DNA from: Octopus vulgaris
Taxonomy: Eukaryota
Reading direction: 5' to 3'
DNA: 64,000 bases
Assembly: GCA_951406725.2 (NCBI GenBank)
Contig: OX597820.1
Location: 97,216,001-97,280,000 of the forward strand
Part shown: one piece after another, positions 1-12,850 of the stretch
How the letters are laid out: the number at the start of each line of letters is the position of its first letter
How positions within the stretch are numbered: the first letter of the stretch is position 1
The notes under the pieces: generated by a model
Told to the model about the DNA's origin: nothing
The model's database searches: none
What the model saw: only the letters and a program-made list of their open reading frames with translations
Translations under genes and position numbers: made by a program

Positions 1-372
1 TCAATACATGTCAGAATAACAAAGAAACGAGGAAGGTATTAGGTGGTCGTGAGATGTGCAAAAAATAACTAATAAATCGCACTTAAATTACGCACAATTT
101 TTTTTTCCTGATTGTATGAAATCCCGTGTATAGAACACAAATTGCAAAAATTTTCTGAAAATGTCAAAGAAAAAAAAAGTTATGAAGGGTTATGCTAAAT
201 AAAAACAATCTGAGTGGTATCAAATGTATTAAGTAAACTGTAAACTAAAATTTATAGGCAGAGGCTGTCGATGATGGCAATCTGGCAGAGTAGTTTGACT
301 CTCGGATAGAATGATTAGCGCTTTGTGTTGCGAAACTCTGCACCCTGAGTTCGTATTCCAGATCAACCTCGT

Positions 373-710
373 CTTTTACTTGCTTCAGTCATTCGACTGC
401 GGCCCTGCTGGGGCACCGCCTTGAAGAAATTTGTCGACCGCAGTACTTTTTTTTTTTTTTTTTTGTAAAGCCTGGTACTTATTCTATCGGTCTCTTTTAC
501 CGAACACACATCGGTTGTCAAGCGGTGGTGGGGAACAAATACATACACAAAGACACACACACTTCGGGCTTCTTCCAGTTTCCGTCTACCAAATCCACTC
601 ACTTTGGCCAGCCCAAAGTTGTAGCAGAAAATACTTGCTCAATGTGTTACGCAGTAGGACTGAACCCGGAACTATGTAGTTGGGAAGTAAACTTCTTACC
701 TCACAGTTAC
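373..710 (-). mobile_element. tRNA-derived SINE, family A (degenerate copy)
   Basis: Reverse complement matches the family-A copies at 8710 and 34671 (GGTTCAGTCC B-box region; GGCGGTGCnCCAGCA...ATGACTGAAnCAAGTAAAAGA tail). Confidence 0.8.
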
Positions 711-1553
711 ATATAGGTATTAGTTCCAGAGCGGTAGAGTGGTGGATTTGGACGGCATACCTTCCTTTATCCGTTCTGGTTCTAAGTTCAAATATCACCT
801 CCACTTAGAAGAGGGGAAAAAATGTGATACTTCTGTCAGGAATTGCGACCGACGGATAGTATCAGCAATGGAAGCATAGTTTCCTACCGTGACTATCACT
901 ACAAGTCACCCATGCAATTATGTTTTCAGTTTTTTGGTTTGTAGCTTTTGCAGGGTTGTCGTCTCGAAAGGTTTTAAGTCGTACATATCGGCCTTAGTAC
1001 TTTCTTTTTTCTTAAACTTGGTACTTAATCTGTCCCTTTTGCCGAACCACTAGTTTACGAGGGATGTAAACAAGCCAATACCGGTTGTCAAGCGGCAATG
1101 GGACATGCCCACACCCACACATCTTTTCTTTTCATTATTTATCCTTTACTTGTTTCAATCATTAGACTGTGGCCATGCTGGGGCTCCGCCTTGTAGAATT
1201 TTAGTCGAACGAATTGACCCCTGAATACGTCCGGTACTTATTCTATTTCCTTTTGCCGAACCGCTAGCTTACGAGGATGTAAACACACCAACACCGGTTG
1301 TCAAGTGATGATGGGGGACAAACACATACACACACACACACAGACGAGCGCACAGTGGCTAAGTTAAAGCAGCTCGCTGTACAAAATACTTCCTTCCGGT
1401 TCTTTACATTCTGAGTTCAAATTCCGTCGAGATCGATTTGGCCTTTCATCCCTTTGAGGTCAATGAAATAAGTACCAGTCGGGCATTGGGTCGATGTAAT
1501 TGACTCGCACCCGCCTACAAGACTTCTGGACTTGTGCCTATACGTACGAGTAG

Positions 1554-1927
1554 CTAAATTTCCAACACTAATCTAAGGGAGTTAACTCTGATAAGCAAGT
1601 GCCGACGATATGCTCTTTGGGTTTGAATAATTGACCCCTGATTTTGATAGAACAATTTCACCACTTGGGTGCGTTGTGTGGTGCCATATTTTCCCATAAT
1701 TAATTTCCGAGACCTAGTCCATAACATCCCTGAAAAGAAAACAAAAAGGTAAAATAATAAAAGAATTATCACAAATTGCAACCCCTCAACGACTTTTGGG
1801 CCATCGCGGTTACAATTTTTGATAAATTTATTTTTTGACCTTTTTCTTTTCTATTCAGGGATTTTATGGACTTGGTCCTGGAAATTGATTATAGAAAAAT
1901 ATGGCACCACACAACGCACCCAAGTGG
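1554..1927. mobile_element. Foldback remnant of a Tc1/mariner-like transposon 5' region (DUF4817/HTH-type N-terminus)
   Basis: Inverted repeat 1661-~1790 / ~1805-1927. Minus strand from 1697 reads MGKYGTTQRTQVVKLFYQNQGSIIQTQRAYRRHL, resembling the N-terminal HTH of mariner-like transposases (recalled pattern). Confidence 0.6.
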
Positions 1928-2445
1928 AGTTCGCAAAATTTAACAGTGATGAATTGTAACATTTGAGAGTAGGATCATTTGTCAGACGTTACAAACATAG
2001 CGAGATTTAAAATATTAAATTATCTTATCATCATCATCATCATCATCATCATCGTCGTTGACGTTTAACGTTCGTGTTACATGCTGGCATGGGTTGGACG
2101 GTTTGACTGAGGGCTGGGAAGCCAGAAGGCTGCACCAGGCACCAATCTGATCTGGCGAAGTTTCTACAGCTGGATGCCCTTCTTAACGCCAACCGTTCCG
2201 AAAATTACTCATAAATTATAATTATAAATTAGGGAAGACATTGACAATATACAATCATAATTAACTTAAATAATCTTTTCGCTTCACTGTTGCCAATAGC
2301 CGTGGCTGTGTGGTAAGAAGCGTGCTTACTAGCCATATTGTTCCGCGTTCAGTTTCACTGCGTAGCACCTTCAGCTAATGTCTTTTGCTATATAACCTCG
2401 AGCCGACCAAACCTGTGGTAGACAGTAACTGAAAGGAGCAGGCCG

Positions 2446-3052
2446 GGATCTTTTCCTTTTGAACGGCAGTTTTCAAAACAATTTCTAGTTAACTAAACAC
2501 TTTTAAACTTCGTATACTGGTAGAATATGTCAAAATAAAACATTTTTTTCTCTTGACTTTCTGGAGAAAATTGTAATTTGTAAGTTTAACGTAGTTTAAT
2601 TTTTCGAATTTTAACCAATCCTATGGCCTCTGTTGAGCTAAAATCATTTGCTGCGTCTAAAACAGACAACATCCTGTCACTAACTCTAACCCTCACCCTA
2701 ACCCTAAATTTTAGCCTTTCGTTTTATTTTCTTAATTGTTAAATTAATTTAAGGATAACAATTAAGGAAAATAAAACGAAAGCAATGGAAAATAATTTTA
2801 ATTTAACAATTAAGAAAAAAAAAGACGAAAGGCTAAAATTTAGGGTTAGGGTGAGGGTGAGGGTTAGAGTTAGGGTTAGTGACAGGATTTTGTCTCAGTT
2901 TTAGACGCAGCAAATGATTTTAGCTCAATAGAGACCATAGGATTGGTTAAAATTCGAAAAATTAAACTACGTTAAACTTACAAATTACAAATTACTCAAG
3001 AAAGCCAAGAGAAAAATTGTGTTGAAAACTGCCCTTCAAAAGGAAAAGATCC
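2446..3052. mobile_element. Palindromic MITE with GGATCTTTTCCTTTTGAA termini (Merlin-like) and internal telomere-like repeats, inserted in a family-A SINE
   Basis: TIR GGATCTTTTCCTTTTGAA ... TTCAAAAGGAAAAGATCC; long near-perfect inverted arms; CCCTAA/CCCTCA at ~2680-2706 mirrored by TTAGGG/TGAGGG at ~2840-2879; SINE head at ~2300 and tail at ~3080-3135. Confidence 0.85.
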
Positions 3053-3985
3053 ATATATATATATATATATATATATTTAAGGCGGTGCTCTAGCATGGCC
3101 GCAGTCAAATGACTGAAAGAAGTATAAGAATAAAAAAAAATATTTCTACATCACCAAACTTATGTTTACATACATGCATGCATACATAGCGCGCACGTGC
3201 TCTCGCACACACACCTACATACACGCTCACGAGCTCGCATACACACACATACATATACATACATATCTCTACACGTGTGCATCACTTGCTCTATTTAGAT
3301 TTTGCTTGTGTTGTTTTATTGTTTTCTGTTTTTCTTCGTACCAATCGAAGTTGAGGGGTGAGGGAGAGAGAGAGTCAGAGTGAGGGGGAGGGCAGAAAAG
3401 GAGATAGAGTAAAAGACGAAGGAGAGAGAGAAAGGGCGAGTATTATTAGTCTCTCCGCCAAATACTGTAAAATTTGAATATCTTCATATCCACTGTTAAC
3501 CGAATCGCGACGAAGAGAAGTCAACTCGAACGAGAATGCTTCTCAGTGGTCGCTCTGTTTGCTAGAAATAGCAACCCACTCATGCTATTGAGTTAGATAT
3601 GAGCTGGTTCAATCCTGACTGAAACCTATGTAAAGTTCACACGAGTCAATGCAGGAGCCACTAAGCGGTCGCTTAACCTATAGCTAGTCGAATCTCATTG
3701 AAATCCCACCTTACCAGTCTTTAAAAGAAAAAAAAACAACAACATTAAAGCCTGATTGTTATAATTGGAAAATCAGTACTTTCCTATTATCAACAGCCAT
3801 TTTTTTTAAAATTAAAGGATTATTAAACAAGCTGTTACACACACTCTTGGGTGGATGTAATAATCGATCGGTGGACTTTCAAAATAGCTATCTCTGCCTC
3901 ATGGATAAAGAAAAGAGGAAGGAATTGCGATTGTTTCCTTTTGTGAAAGAATTTTTTGTTCGCAATATTTGATTTTAAAAAAATA

Positions 3986-4371
3986 CTAGCAGTATCGCCC
4001 GGCGTTGCTCGGGTTTGTAAGGGAAATAATTATATAAGCATTTTTAGAGAGTTATAGCAAAAAAAATGCATTAAAAATGGAAAAAAATGATGGTAATTTT
4101 TTTTTAAATCGTTGACTAATCGTAGACATTTTTAGAGAGTTACTTCCCTTATATAATAGCGAAAAAATGCATTAAAATGGAAAAAAATGATGGTAAATTA
4201 TTTTTAAAATCGTAGACTCATCGTAGACGCGCGCTAATACCCAGAAGGGCTCGATATGAATCACGACTATAAGATACCCGGTTTTGGTTAAACTGCACCG
4301 CAAAATGTGGGAGTAGTTAGGAATCTAAATCGTAGGAGACAGACACACAACTTCTCTTTTATATATAAAGA
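3986..4371 (-). mobile_element. Non-autonomous Helitron, family H1
   Basis: Minus strand begins TC(TTTATATATAAAAG) after A and ends with the hairpin CCCGAGCAACGCCGGG then CTAG before T; homologous to 23939 and 42029. Confidence 0.85.
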
Positions 4372-5802
4372 TATTTGGCCTGTCTATTCCGTGCCTTTTC
4401 CACAGTAAATTCTTACTGATTCTCTTCTCCAGCAATAATTATTTCGAAAGTCTGCCGATCAACTATTACAGCCGTCTCTCGAGTGTAGTAGTTTAGAATT
4501 CGGAGCGTATCTTCACAAGTATTCCCCCACCACAACTTTGTCTCATAACTTTCAGAAAAATAGAGATTTTCTGATGAAATTTTCTACAAATTCCTTTGAC
4601 ATGGTGTAAATTCTGATCACATCAGAATTTTTGATGAAAAAAATTGGGGGAGATTCGGATAATTCACGCGAGTTGACTTTGTTTCCTCATAGTTTTCAGA
4701 AAAATGGGTAATTTTTAATGAAATTTCTTACAAATACCTTTCAGATGGTATCGGAATTTAATGTGTAAAACAAAAAACAAAGGAAAACACCGGTGTGTGT
4801 GTGTGTGTGGCGCACACACTGCATTTTCTTTTTCAAAAATGTCATTTTGTATGTAAGCGCGGCCACCATTTTTTTAAACAATAAATCCCGATATTATCGA
4901 AATCTACACCAGCTGATTTGGAGCTAAACAATAATGACAAATAACGCTAAACATTTTGTAATTTTCCTACATTCCGATGGCCCTTGTTGGCACAAGTAAA
5001 CTCCTATAAAAGTGGGGTCCCTCGTACCCAAATTATTGTTTATTATTCGTAAAGACGAGGTAGCGGGTTTGTAGAATCGTCAAAGCATCGGGAAAAAAAT
5101 GTCTTGCGATATTTCTTCTGACTCTTTACGCTCAGAGTTCAAATCCTGTCGAAGTCAACTTTGCCCTTCATTGTTTCGGGAGTCAATAAAATAAGGTACC
5201 AGTCAAGTACTGGGATCGCTGGTGTCGATTATCGGATCTTTTCATTTCCAAGGCCTGTTTTGTCAGATTTTTCTAGTTAACTAAATCATTTGAAACTTCG
5301 TATACTGGTAGAGTGTCTCAAAAGAAACTCTCTCCCACAAAATTACTGAAACTATTTATAAAGATTCGAAAGAAAAAAGCAAGCGGACTGGCAGAACTGT
5401 TAGAGTATCGCAAAAAATGCTTTCCAGTACATTTTCCCCCTACTCTTTGAGTTTAAATCTCAAGGAGGCCAACCATTGACTTTCATCTTTTCAGAGTCGA
5501 TATAATTAAATACCAGTTGAGTACTGGAATCGATGTAATCGACTCACTACTCCAAACTTGCTGGCTTTAGTCCAAAATTTGAAACCGTTATTTGAAAAGT
5601 TGGTTGACAGGCAGAAATGTTAAGGCATTAAGATAAATATTTTGCGGTTAATTTCCTCTCCTGAAATTGCCGGCCTTTGTAAGTACCTATTATTTATGAC
5701 ACTTGAAGAGACATTAGAGCGGCAGAACTGATAAAGTACCAGATAAAATGCTTTGACCTTGAGATATCTTATTACATGCCTTTATGTTCTGAATTAGAAT
5801 AT

Positions 5803-6030
5803 ATTTCTTTACTACCCACAAGGGGCTAAACACAGAGAGGACAAACAAGGACAGACAAAGGGATTAAGTCGATTACATCGACCCCTGTGCGTAACTGGTA
5901 CTTATTTAATCGACCCCGAAAGGATGAAAGGCAAAGTCGACCTCGGCGGAATTTGAACTCAGAACGTAGCAGCAGACGAAATACCGCTAAGCATTTCGCC
6001 CGGCGTGCTAACGATTCTGCCAGCTTTGCT
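5803..6030 (-). mobile_element. tRNA-derived SINE, family B (young subfamily)
   Basis: GAGTTCAAATTCC B-box, central GCCTTTCATCCTTTCGGGGTCGAT..AAGTACCAG, tail GCCCCTTGTGGGTAGTAAAGAAAT; near-identical copies at 18934, 37850, 39858, 40587, 52328. Confidence 0.9.
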
Positions 6031-6370
6031 CTTCAGTACCAGTCGAAAAGATTTTCTAAGTGTAGAAGTGGGTGAGAGGGCAATTGTTATTTAAAACCAG
6101 ATCAAAGCAGCGAGATGGCATAATCGTTAGTGCGTCGGACAAAATGCTTAGTAGCATTTCTTCTGGCTTTACGTTCTGAGTTCAAATACCAGACATAGAT
6201 TTTGTCTTTCATCCTTTCGGAGTCGATAAAATAAGTACAAGTCGAGCACTGGTGTCGATGTAATCAACTAGCCCCCTACCCCAAAATTTCAGGCCTTGTA
6301 CCTATTAGTTGAAAGAGCTATTTAAATCCAGATAAACTGATTCAACAGACGTATACTCCATTGATGGCTA

Positions 6371-6513
6371 TACTAGCGTAGCTAGAGGGAGCGATCCGCC
6401 CCAGGTGGTACCAGTTTTGGATCTGCTGTAGGCAATATGTATTTTTCGTGGGGGCCCAGGGGCAGCATACCGAAAGGCCGCCCCAGGAGGCACACACTTT
6501 AGCTACGCTCGTG
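6371..6513. mobile_element. Short hAT-like MITE remnant
   Basis: Terminal inverted repeats ACTAGCGTAGCTA ... TAGCTACGCTCGT around a GC-rich interior; no clear TSD. Confidence 0.5.
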
Positions 6514-6592
6514 TCACTAGACCATAATTCAATTTTTGGGGGAACAGAAGGCGGTAGCCCTCGGGTTTACTTATTTATTATCTTTCAAACTA

Positions 6593-6874
6593 GGATCTTT
6601 TGTTTTCCTTTACTTTTTGAAGCCTTAAAATTAAGTGAAAATTTTTGAAGCCTTAAAATTAAGTGTAATTTTTCACGCTAAATTTGATGACGTTGTTCAA
6701 TTGTTCCAGAAATTAAAAAAGAAGTTACAAGGTTTAAAATTTGATAATTTTTACCCAAACAGAAAGTAAGATTTGGAAGCTGTCATTCCTTAATTAGTAT
6801 ACAAAACTACATCAATACATCAAATGGATCAAAATTAAAGGAGTTGAAAATTAAAAGGCAAACCGAAAAGATCC
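6593..6874. mobile_element. MITE with GGATCTTTT termini (Merlin-like)
   Basis: GGATCTTTT...AAAAGATCC termini; 8-bp flanks TCAAACTA / TAAAACGA (6/8 match, decayed TSD). Confidence 0.6.
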
Positions 6875-8234
6875 TAAAACGACGTCACCCAATATGACTT
6901 CTATTTGTCTCCATAAAAGTAGAGTCGAGTGTGATTGGAGAAAGTTGCTATTTCTAGCAAACTGAGCGACCACATAGAAGCTCCTTCACTGGCTCCAATT
7001 TCTCCCCCACCGCTAAAGAAAACATTAAAGCATGTCCCTGAGATAAAAATCATTAAACACAAAAGTGGAAGTACAAGTTAAGTTCCCCACCCACGTTCTT
7101 ACGATCTAATCTAATTTGAATAACTTGCATAACTAACTTATTGCGGCAGGTGTTTCTTTCAAAAAATAGGCAGACGTCCTTGAGGTTGATCAGTCATCAA
7201 TGGAGTTAGAGAGCGGGGAATCTCTCGACTTAACCGACACGTGATTGTCGGTGATGTCCTAATGAACCACGAGGAGAACAACGGGCTAAAATCTGGAATC
7301 TTCAAGAATTCTGACGATCGTTTACATCAGTAAGAATATGGACAATACGACAATTCAATAAGATCCTCATTTGTTGAGAAGAATGTAGAGTTAAAAGTAC
7401 ATAAATACATGTATGTGGGTAAAGTGATATCTGGGTATGTTGATGTATATTCCTTGTTAGAGGTAGAATTTCATTATGTACCTGATGACCTTTCTCCTTA
7501 TGGACATGATTAAATAAACACTTTATCACACATACACGGTGTCAGTCGGCGCGGGGCTCTTTCTAGGTGTGTATGTGGAGTGAAGTTTAATATAAATTAG
7601 TTTTAGCATATTAGTATGTGGTAAAGAGGGTCAAAATCTTTGCTAACATCTATCTATACATATTTAAGTGTTTAATTGCGAACTTATTGTTAAACGATGT
7701 CGACAGAAACTATAGGCGGATCTTATTAAATTTCCTGTAACCACTTGAAGCTTTTCACATTTTCACCAAATTAATTTTTTTTTAAATGTACTTCTAATGT
7801 TTTGTATGCCGATGTCGAAAATCTCGATTTTTTTCTTCTTCTAGTAATTAATAATAAAGAGTTACAAGTATTTAAAGTTATGAAATTTGAGCCGATCATC
7901 ACACAAAATCTTTACGTAGAATTTCAATCTGCTAGAAATAGCAGCCAAATCTTCCACAAACTACTAGACCATGTCTAAAAGAAACGCAGAAAGAGCGAAA
8001 TACCATGCTACAGCACCGTTTATTTCCTTGCTTGAGGCAGGCTGTAATGCTTTCCAGTTGTTGAGTGTTAACATTTAAATTAAAGTCAGTCTCCAAGAAT
8101 GTAATCTTTTATTGAACTCACAACTCTCGAAACACTTAGTAGGAATAACAGATCGCTATTGAAATGTACTTAAACAAAGTTTGGTGGTGGAGAAAGAATT
8201 GGTCAAAAGAGAATTGTGGTAACCAATTCTTTCT

Positions 8235-8529
8235 CATCATCATCATTTAGCGTCCGCTTTCCATGCTAGCATGGGTTGGACGGTTCAACTGGGGTCTCGG
8301 AGGCCAGAAGGCTGCACCAGGCCCAGTCTGATCTGGCAATGTTTCTACGGCTGGATGCCCTTCCTAACGCCAACCACTCCGTGAGTGTAGTGGGTGCTTT
8401 TTACGTGCCAGACGGGGCTGGCAAACGGCCACGGTCGGATGGTGCTTTTTACGTGACACCGGCACGGGGGCCAGGCGAGGCTGGCAACGGCCACGGTCGG
8501 ATGGTGTTTTTTACGTGCCACCGGCACGG
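8235..8529 (-). mobile_element. Family C retroposon 3' part (V-domain-like motif, (GAT)n tail, internal minisatellite)
   Basis: Minus strand has GGTTGGCGTTAGGAAGGGCATCCAGCCGTAGAAAC and ends CATGCTAGCATGGAAAGCGGACGCTAAATGATGATG; repeated GGTGCTTTTTACGTG unit. Confidence 0.85.
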
Positions 8530-8709
8530 ATAATTTGTAACCAGGAAGACTGGAATTAAGGCGTTGATTAAATATGTAATTAACGAATAGTAAGTAAAAC
8601 AGCAAATTATAGGACACTATTCTCTGACAGAAACGAGAGAAAGAAGTTACAATTATATTCAAACCAAATTACCAGAGAACCAGTTAGAAATCACTGAAAT
8701 TTTTTCATA

Positions 8710-8880
8710 GGCGTAGGAGTGGCTGTGTGGTAAGTAGCTTGTTTACCAACCACGTGGTTCCGGGTTCAGTCTCACTGCGTGGCACCTTGGGCAAATGTCT
8801 TCTACTATAGCCTCGGGTCGACCAAAGAAAGCCTTGTGAGTGGATTTGGTAGACAGAAACTGAAAGAAGCCCGTCGTGTG

Positions 8881-8911
<31 letters not shown>

Positions 8912-9100
8912 ATGTTTGTGTGTCGCTTGACAACTGATGCTGGTGTGTTTATGTCACTGTCACTTAGCAGTTCGGCAAAAGAGACCGATAGAATAAGTAC
9001 TAGGCTTACAAAGAATAAGTCCTGGGGTCGATTTACTTGACTAAAGGCGGTGCTCCAGCATGACCATAGTCAAATGACTGAAACAAGTAAAGGAGTAAAG
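8710..9100 (+). mobile_element. tRNA-derived SINE, family A, full length
   Basis: A-box-like TGGCTGTGTGG, B-box GGTTCAGTC, CORE-like ACCTTGGGCAA, internal (TA)n(TG)n, tail ATGACTGAAACAAGTAAA. Confidence 0.9.
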
Positions 9101-9892
9101 CATTGCACTGGGGTTAATATAATCAAATTTCCCAAGGGCTGTAATTTAATGAGATTGATCCCAGTGCTCAACTGGTTATTATTTTATTGACCCTGAATGG
9201 ATGAAGGGCGAAGTTGACCTTAGCAGCATTCAAACTAAGAACATGAAGCCAGAAGAAATGCTGCTCAGCATGGTAATGATTCTACCCCCTTTCAACCTTA
9301 ATAATAACAACTACAACAAGAACATCAATATTAATGTTTCCTTTATTTCTATGATCAACATTAATACAAAACACTACAATACAAAAAAAAAAACCAACAA
9401 CAACAAAACCTTGAAGTGTACATAAATATGGCATGAAGCATGAATGATAAATGATCTCCTGGCAATTAGAAGTAACGATACAATATAGAATACTTTCTTA
9501 TACCCAGAGGTTAATACTGTAGCAAATTCGAACTCATGACATGGGTTTGTAGTTCAACATTTCAGCCACTTAGCCACCTTGCCACCACACACACACACAA
9601 AACGAAAGAAAGAGTACCTCAATACATATAGTGTTTATATCTATTAAGAAACAACTGATGATTGCCTCTGTTGCTTTTCAGATGTCTCTCCACCTCATGT
9701 CCAATGTTGAGTTGACATTCTTTGAATGACTACACATGGTAGAAAGCTAGTTAGCAACAGAGTGAAAATCATTAGCTGTTTTAATAAATAACTGAATGTG
9801 TGTATATATATAGAGATAGATAGATAGATACATACATATATATATATATATACACACACACATACATATATATTTATATACATACATATATA

Positions 9893-9925
<33 letters not shown>

Positions 9926-10656
9926 TTATATACATACATATATATATATATACACACATTTATATATATATAGCACCCAGATGTACCATCTAACCAATGT
10001 TGGCAAGGGAGGCAGACTGACCCTGTTACCATTACTACTTTGTCTTCCTCTCTCCTGTTTCCATCAATCTCATCCTCCCACAATGAATGCTCCTTCCATC
10101 CATCATGGGGACTCTCCATTGCTTTTCAAGCAGCAAGGGAATCCCCAAAATGCTGGTGCCACAAAAAGCACCCAACATACTTTAAGTGATTATCTAGTCT
10201 TGAGAGGGTTGCTGAAGACAAGGCAACATCTATAATGCTGGTGCCACTTGAAAAAAAAATGCACTCAGTACACTATGTAAACTGGTTGGTACAAGTCTAG
10301 GAATGGCATCAAATTGTAGAAACCATGCCAAAAGTGAGATATCAAGGCAAGGTGTGATTCTCCAACCTGTTGAAACCTGTCAAACTAACCTACCTATGTC
10401 AGCATTGAAAACTGATGTAAATTGACAATATTATATATATATGTATAGGGAGACTTCACGAAAAAAAACACAAAAGATGAAGACAGGTAGTGTAGAAAAC
10501 AAACAGATGTATTAGTACAACGCTCCTTGTCAGTAAATGTTTTTATATGTATGATAAATAATACATACATGGCAAGTGAAAGATAAAGGGTTCAATCACC
10601 AATCTCCCCCATTAGCTTGTTGGTCTTTTTCAATCTAAAATTAGTGTTTTACATCA

Positions 10657-10687
<31 letters not shown>

Positions 10688-11649
10688 GGTGACTATATAT
10701 ACATTCATGTATGTGTTTGTATTTATATGTATGATTAGGAAGACTTTTTTTTAGTCTGTTTAATGGCCATGCTGAAAGGGTTGACAGGGTAAACATGAAT
10801 GAAAGATCTGGTAAAATGGAGATGAGTGAAAGGGCAATGAACAAGTATCAGAAAGATAGGCAAAGATGAGATTACTGGTGCTCTAGGCTAGGGGGAATTT
10901 CAATGAAAATGGTGGGGTTTGGTCTTTGTTTTGCCTATGGATGCAGTAGGGACATGCTAATTTGTTTATAGTTGAAAATGATATAAATTTCAAGCTTTTT
11001 GATTGTTCCTTGTAGCTTTCTTTAAGGGAGTCCTCTTTTCCATTTCAATAATTGTAGCATAATATACCCATGATCAAAGACTTTCCAATCTTACTATATT
11101 TAGAACTATATTATTCAATGTGTTGGTTCATATTTTTAAATTGGTAAGATATACCGTGAGACAATTGGCTGCTATATCTAGCTGGTGTATGTAAATTATT
11201 TTGTATTCAATCACTGTAAACTACCTCCTTTTGTTTGTATATAGATCTATTGCCATTTTATGTCCTCCGACACTTCCTACTGGTGAAATTAATTGATATT
11301 TCAGTATTAAGTTAATTCACTTTATTTTATGAATGCTTCAAATTCAACTGGGATCATCTTCACCTTACCTCCTTCCAGGAGTTGTTGTTATTGTTATAAA
11401 AGCAGCAGAATCAATAGCATTCCAGGCAAAATGCTTAGCAGCATTTCGTCCGTCTTGATGTAAATCCCAAGGTTGACTTTGTCATTCATCCTTTTGGGGT
11501 TGATGTAATCGAGTTACTCTCCCCCAGAATTGCTGGCCTTGAGTCAATATTTGAAATCATTATTATAATTATCAATATTATTATTATTATTAGTAGTAGT
11601 AGTAGTAATACCAGCAAACAGAGGAATGCCAGACTAAATACTAGACAGT

Positions 11650-11946
11650 AAGAGAATCTGTACTTCCTCTTTTTGAGGAAGATTCACATGTTCCATTGAC
11701 CAAATGCTCTATTTTCTGTAAACACCTTGGTTGGCTGGTTACCTTCTTGAATCTTACTGACTTATAAGGGCTGGTTTTCTGGTTTCTATGGCACATAAAT
11801 TCCTCATTTTTGTCACCTAAGTGGACTGGAGCAATGTGAAATGAAGTGTTCTGCTCAATAACAAAATGCATTGCCTGGACCAGGAACTGAAACCACAATC
11901 TTATGATCATGAGTCCAACACCCTAACCACTAAGCCAATTGCCTCC
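11650..11946 (-). mobile_element. tRNA-derived CORE-like SINE, family E-related (old copy)
   Basis: Minus strand GGAGGCAATTGGCTTAGTGGTTAGGGTGTTGGACTC...TTGAGCAGAACACTTCATTTCACATTGCTCCAGTCCACT, similar to the head at 25430. Confidence 0.65.
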
Positions 11947-11949
11947 TGT

Positions 11950-12850
11950 AAAAATCTGCTGAGGGAAGATTGGGCATGGTGTAGTTGATGATATAGACAT
12001 GTGCGAGGTTGTGACATCCACAGCAATTCCCTGATGGTGAACAGGTATGGTTGCTGTTTGTCAAATGTATTTTTACACAGCTCTTCTCTTTGACACAGAT
12101 GCAGAGCTGTGTCAAGCAAAGGCTGAGAGAAGGTGCTTAGCATCTGGAATGTCACAAAGTACAGACAGGCCTCTACCAGTTGGTGGCAGTTCTATGTTGG
12201 CATTCTACAGAGGATTAGTGGCACAAAAGCAATGATGTTCTTGGGGGTGAAAGAGTCTGGGTATCAACGAAAATTAACTGGCTAGAAATTTCAAAGGATT
12301 TTCAGGCCTGGACTCATTGATAATTACTAGAAATCCCTGGCCTTGCTTTGCTACCAGGGGTTATTACCAGTTTGAGATAAACTCTGCAGGTCAAGAAGCA
12401 CTATCAGCTAAACCTGTTTGAGATAGGTGCAGAGCAATGAAACCTTCCTGTACATACTCGTTCAGTGCCTAGGCATTGCTGACTTGTGGAGTTATGTCGA
12501 AAACCTACTGTAATGTGTGGGGGGATCCATCTACCAGCTGTGTCTGTTGTGAAGATCATCCCACCATTTTCCTTTCTTGGGAAGGACAGGCAATCTTTAT
12601 TTGTCAGAGGACTTTGGTAAAAGAAGTTGTGTGGTGGATGAGGTTGAAAGACAGACACTTTCATCAACTGTATTGGGTTTCACTTCAAAGGGAAAATGAG
12701 TGTAAAAACGGGAAGTACTGCCTCCCAGTAAATTTGGTGAAAGGTGGATGTGAGTAGTAAGTATGGTCCGACTGAAAGGACCTGTCCTAAGCATGCACCT
12801 ACTGATTGGAAGAGGCCAACGTGAGAGGGCAGTTGTCTTAATGGTCAGGG
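11950..12850 (-). pseudogene. Highly degenerate non-LTR retrotransposon gag-like ORF1 remnant (CCHC zinc knuckles)
   Basis: Frameshifted minus-strand fragments such as IIAFVPLILCR..HRTATN..RPVCTL and NCCGCHNL/HMSISSTTPCPIF resemble the knuckle cluster of I-group LINE ORF1; many stops; assignment by eye. Confidence 0.4.

Noticed and set aside
2680-2880. True telomere or chromosome fusion site
   Set aside because: Only a few degenerate units, symmetrically embedded in a multi-copy MITE
5887-6075. 'RPRKDERQSRPRRNLNSER' ORFs (also 37933, 52412)
   Set aside because: Antisense frames of family-B SINEs
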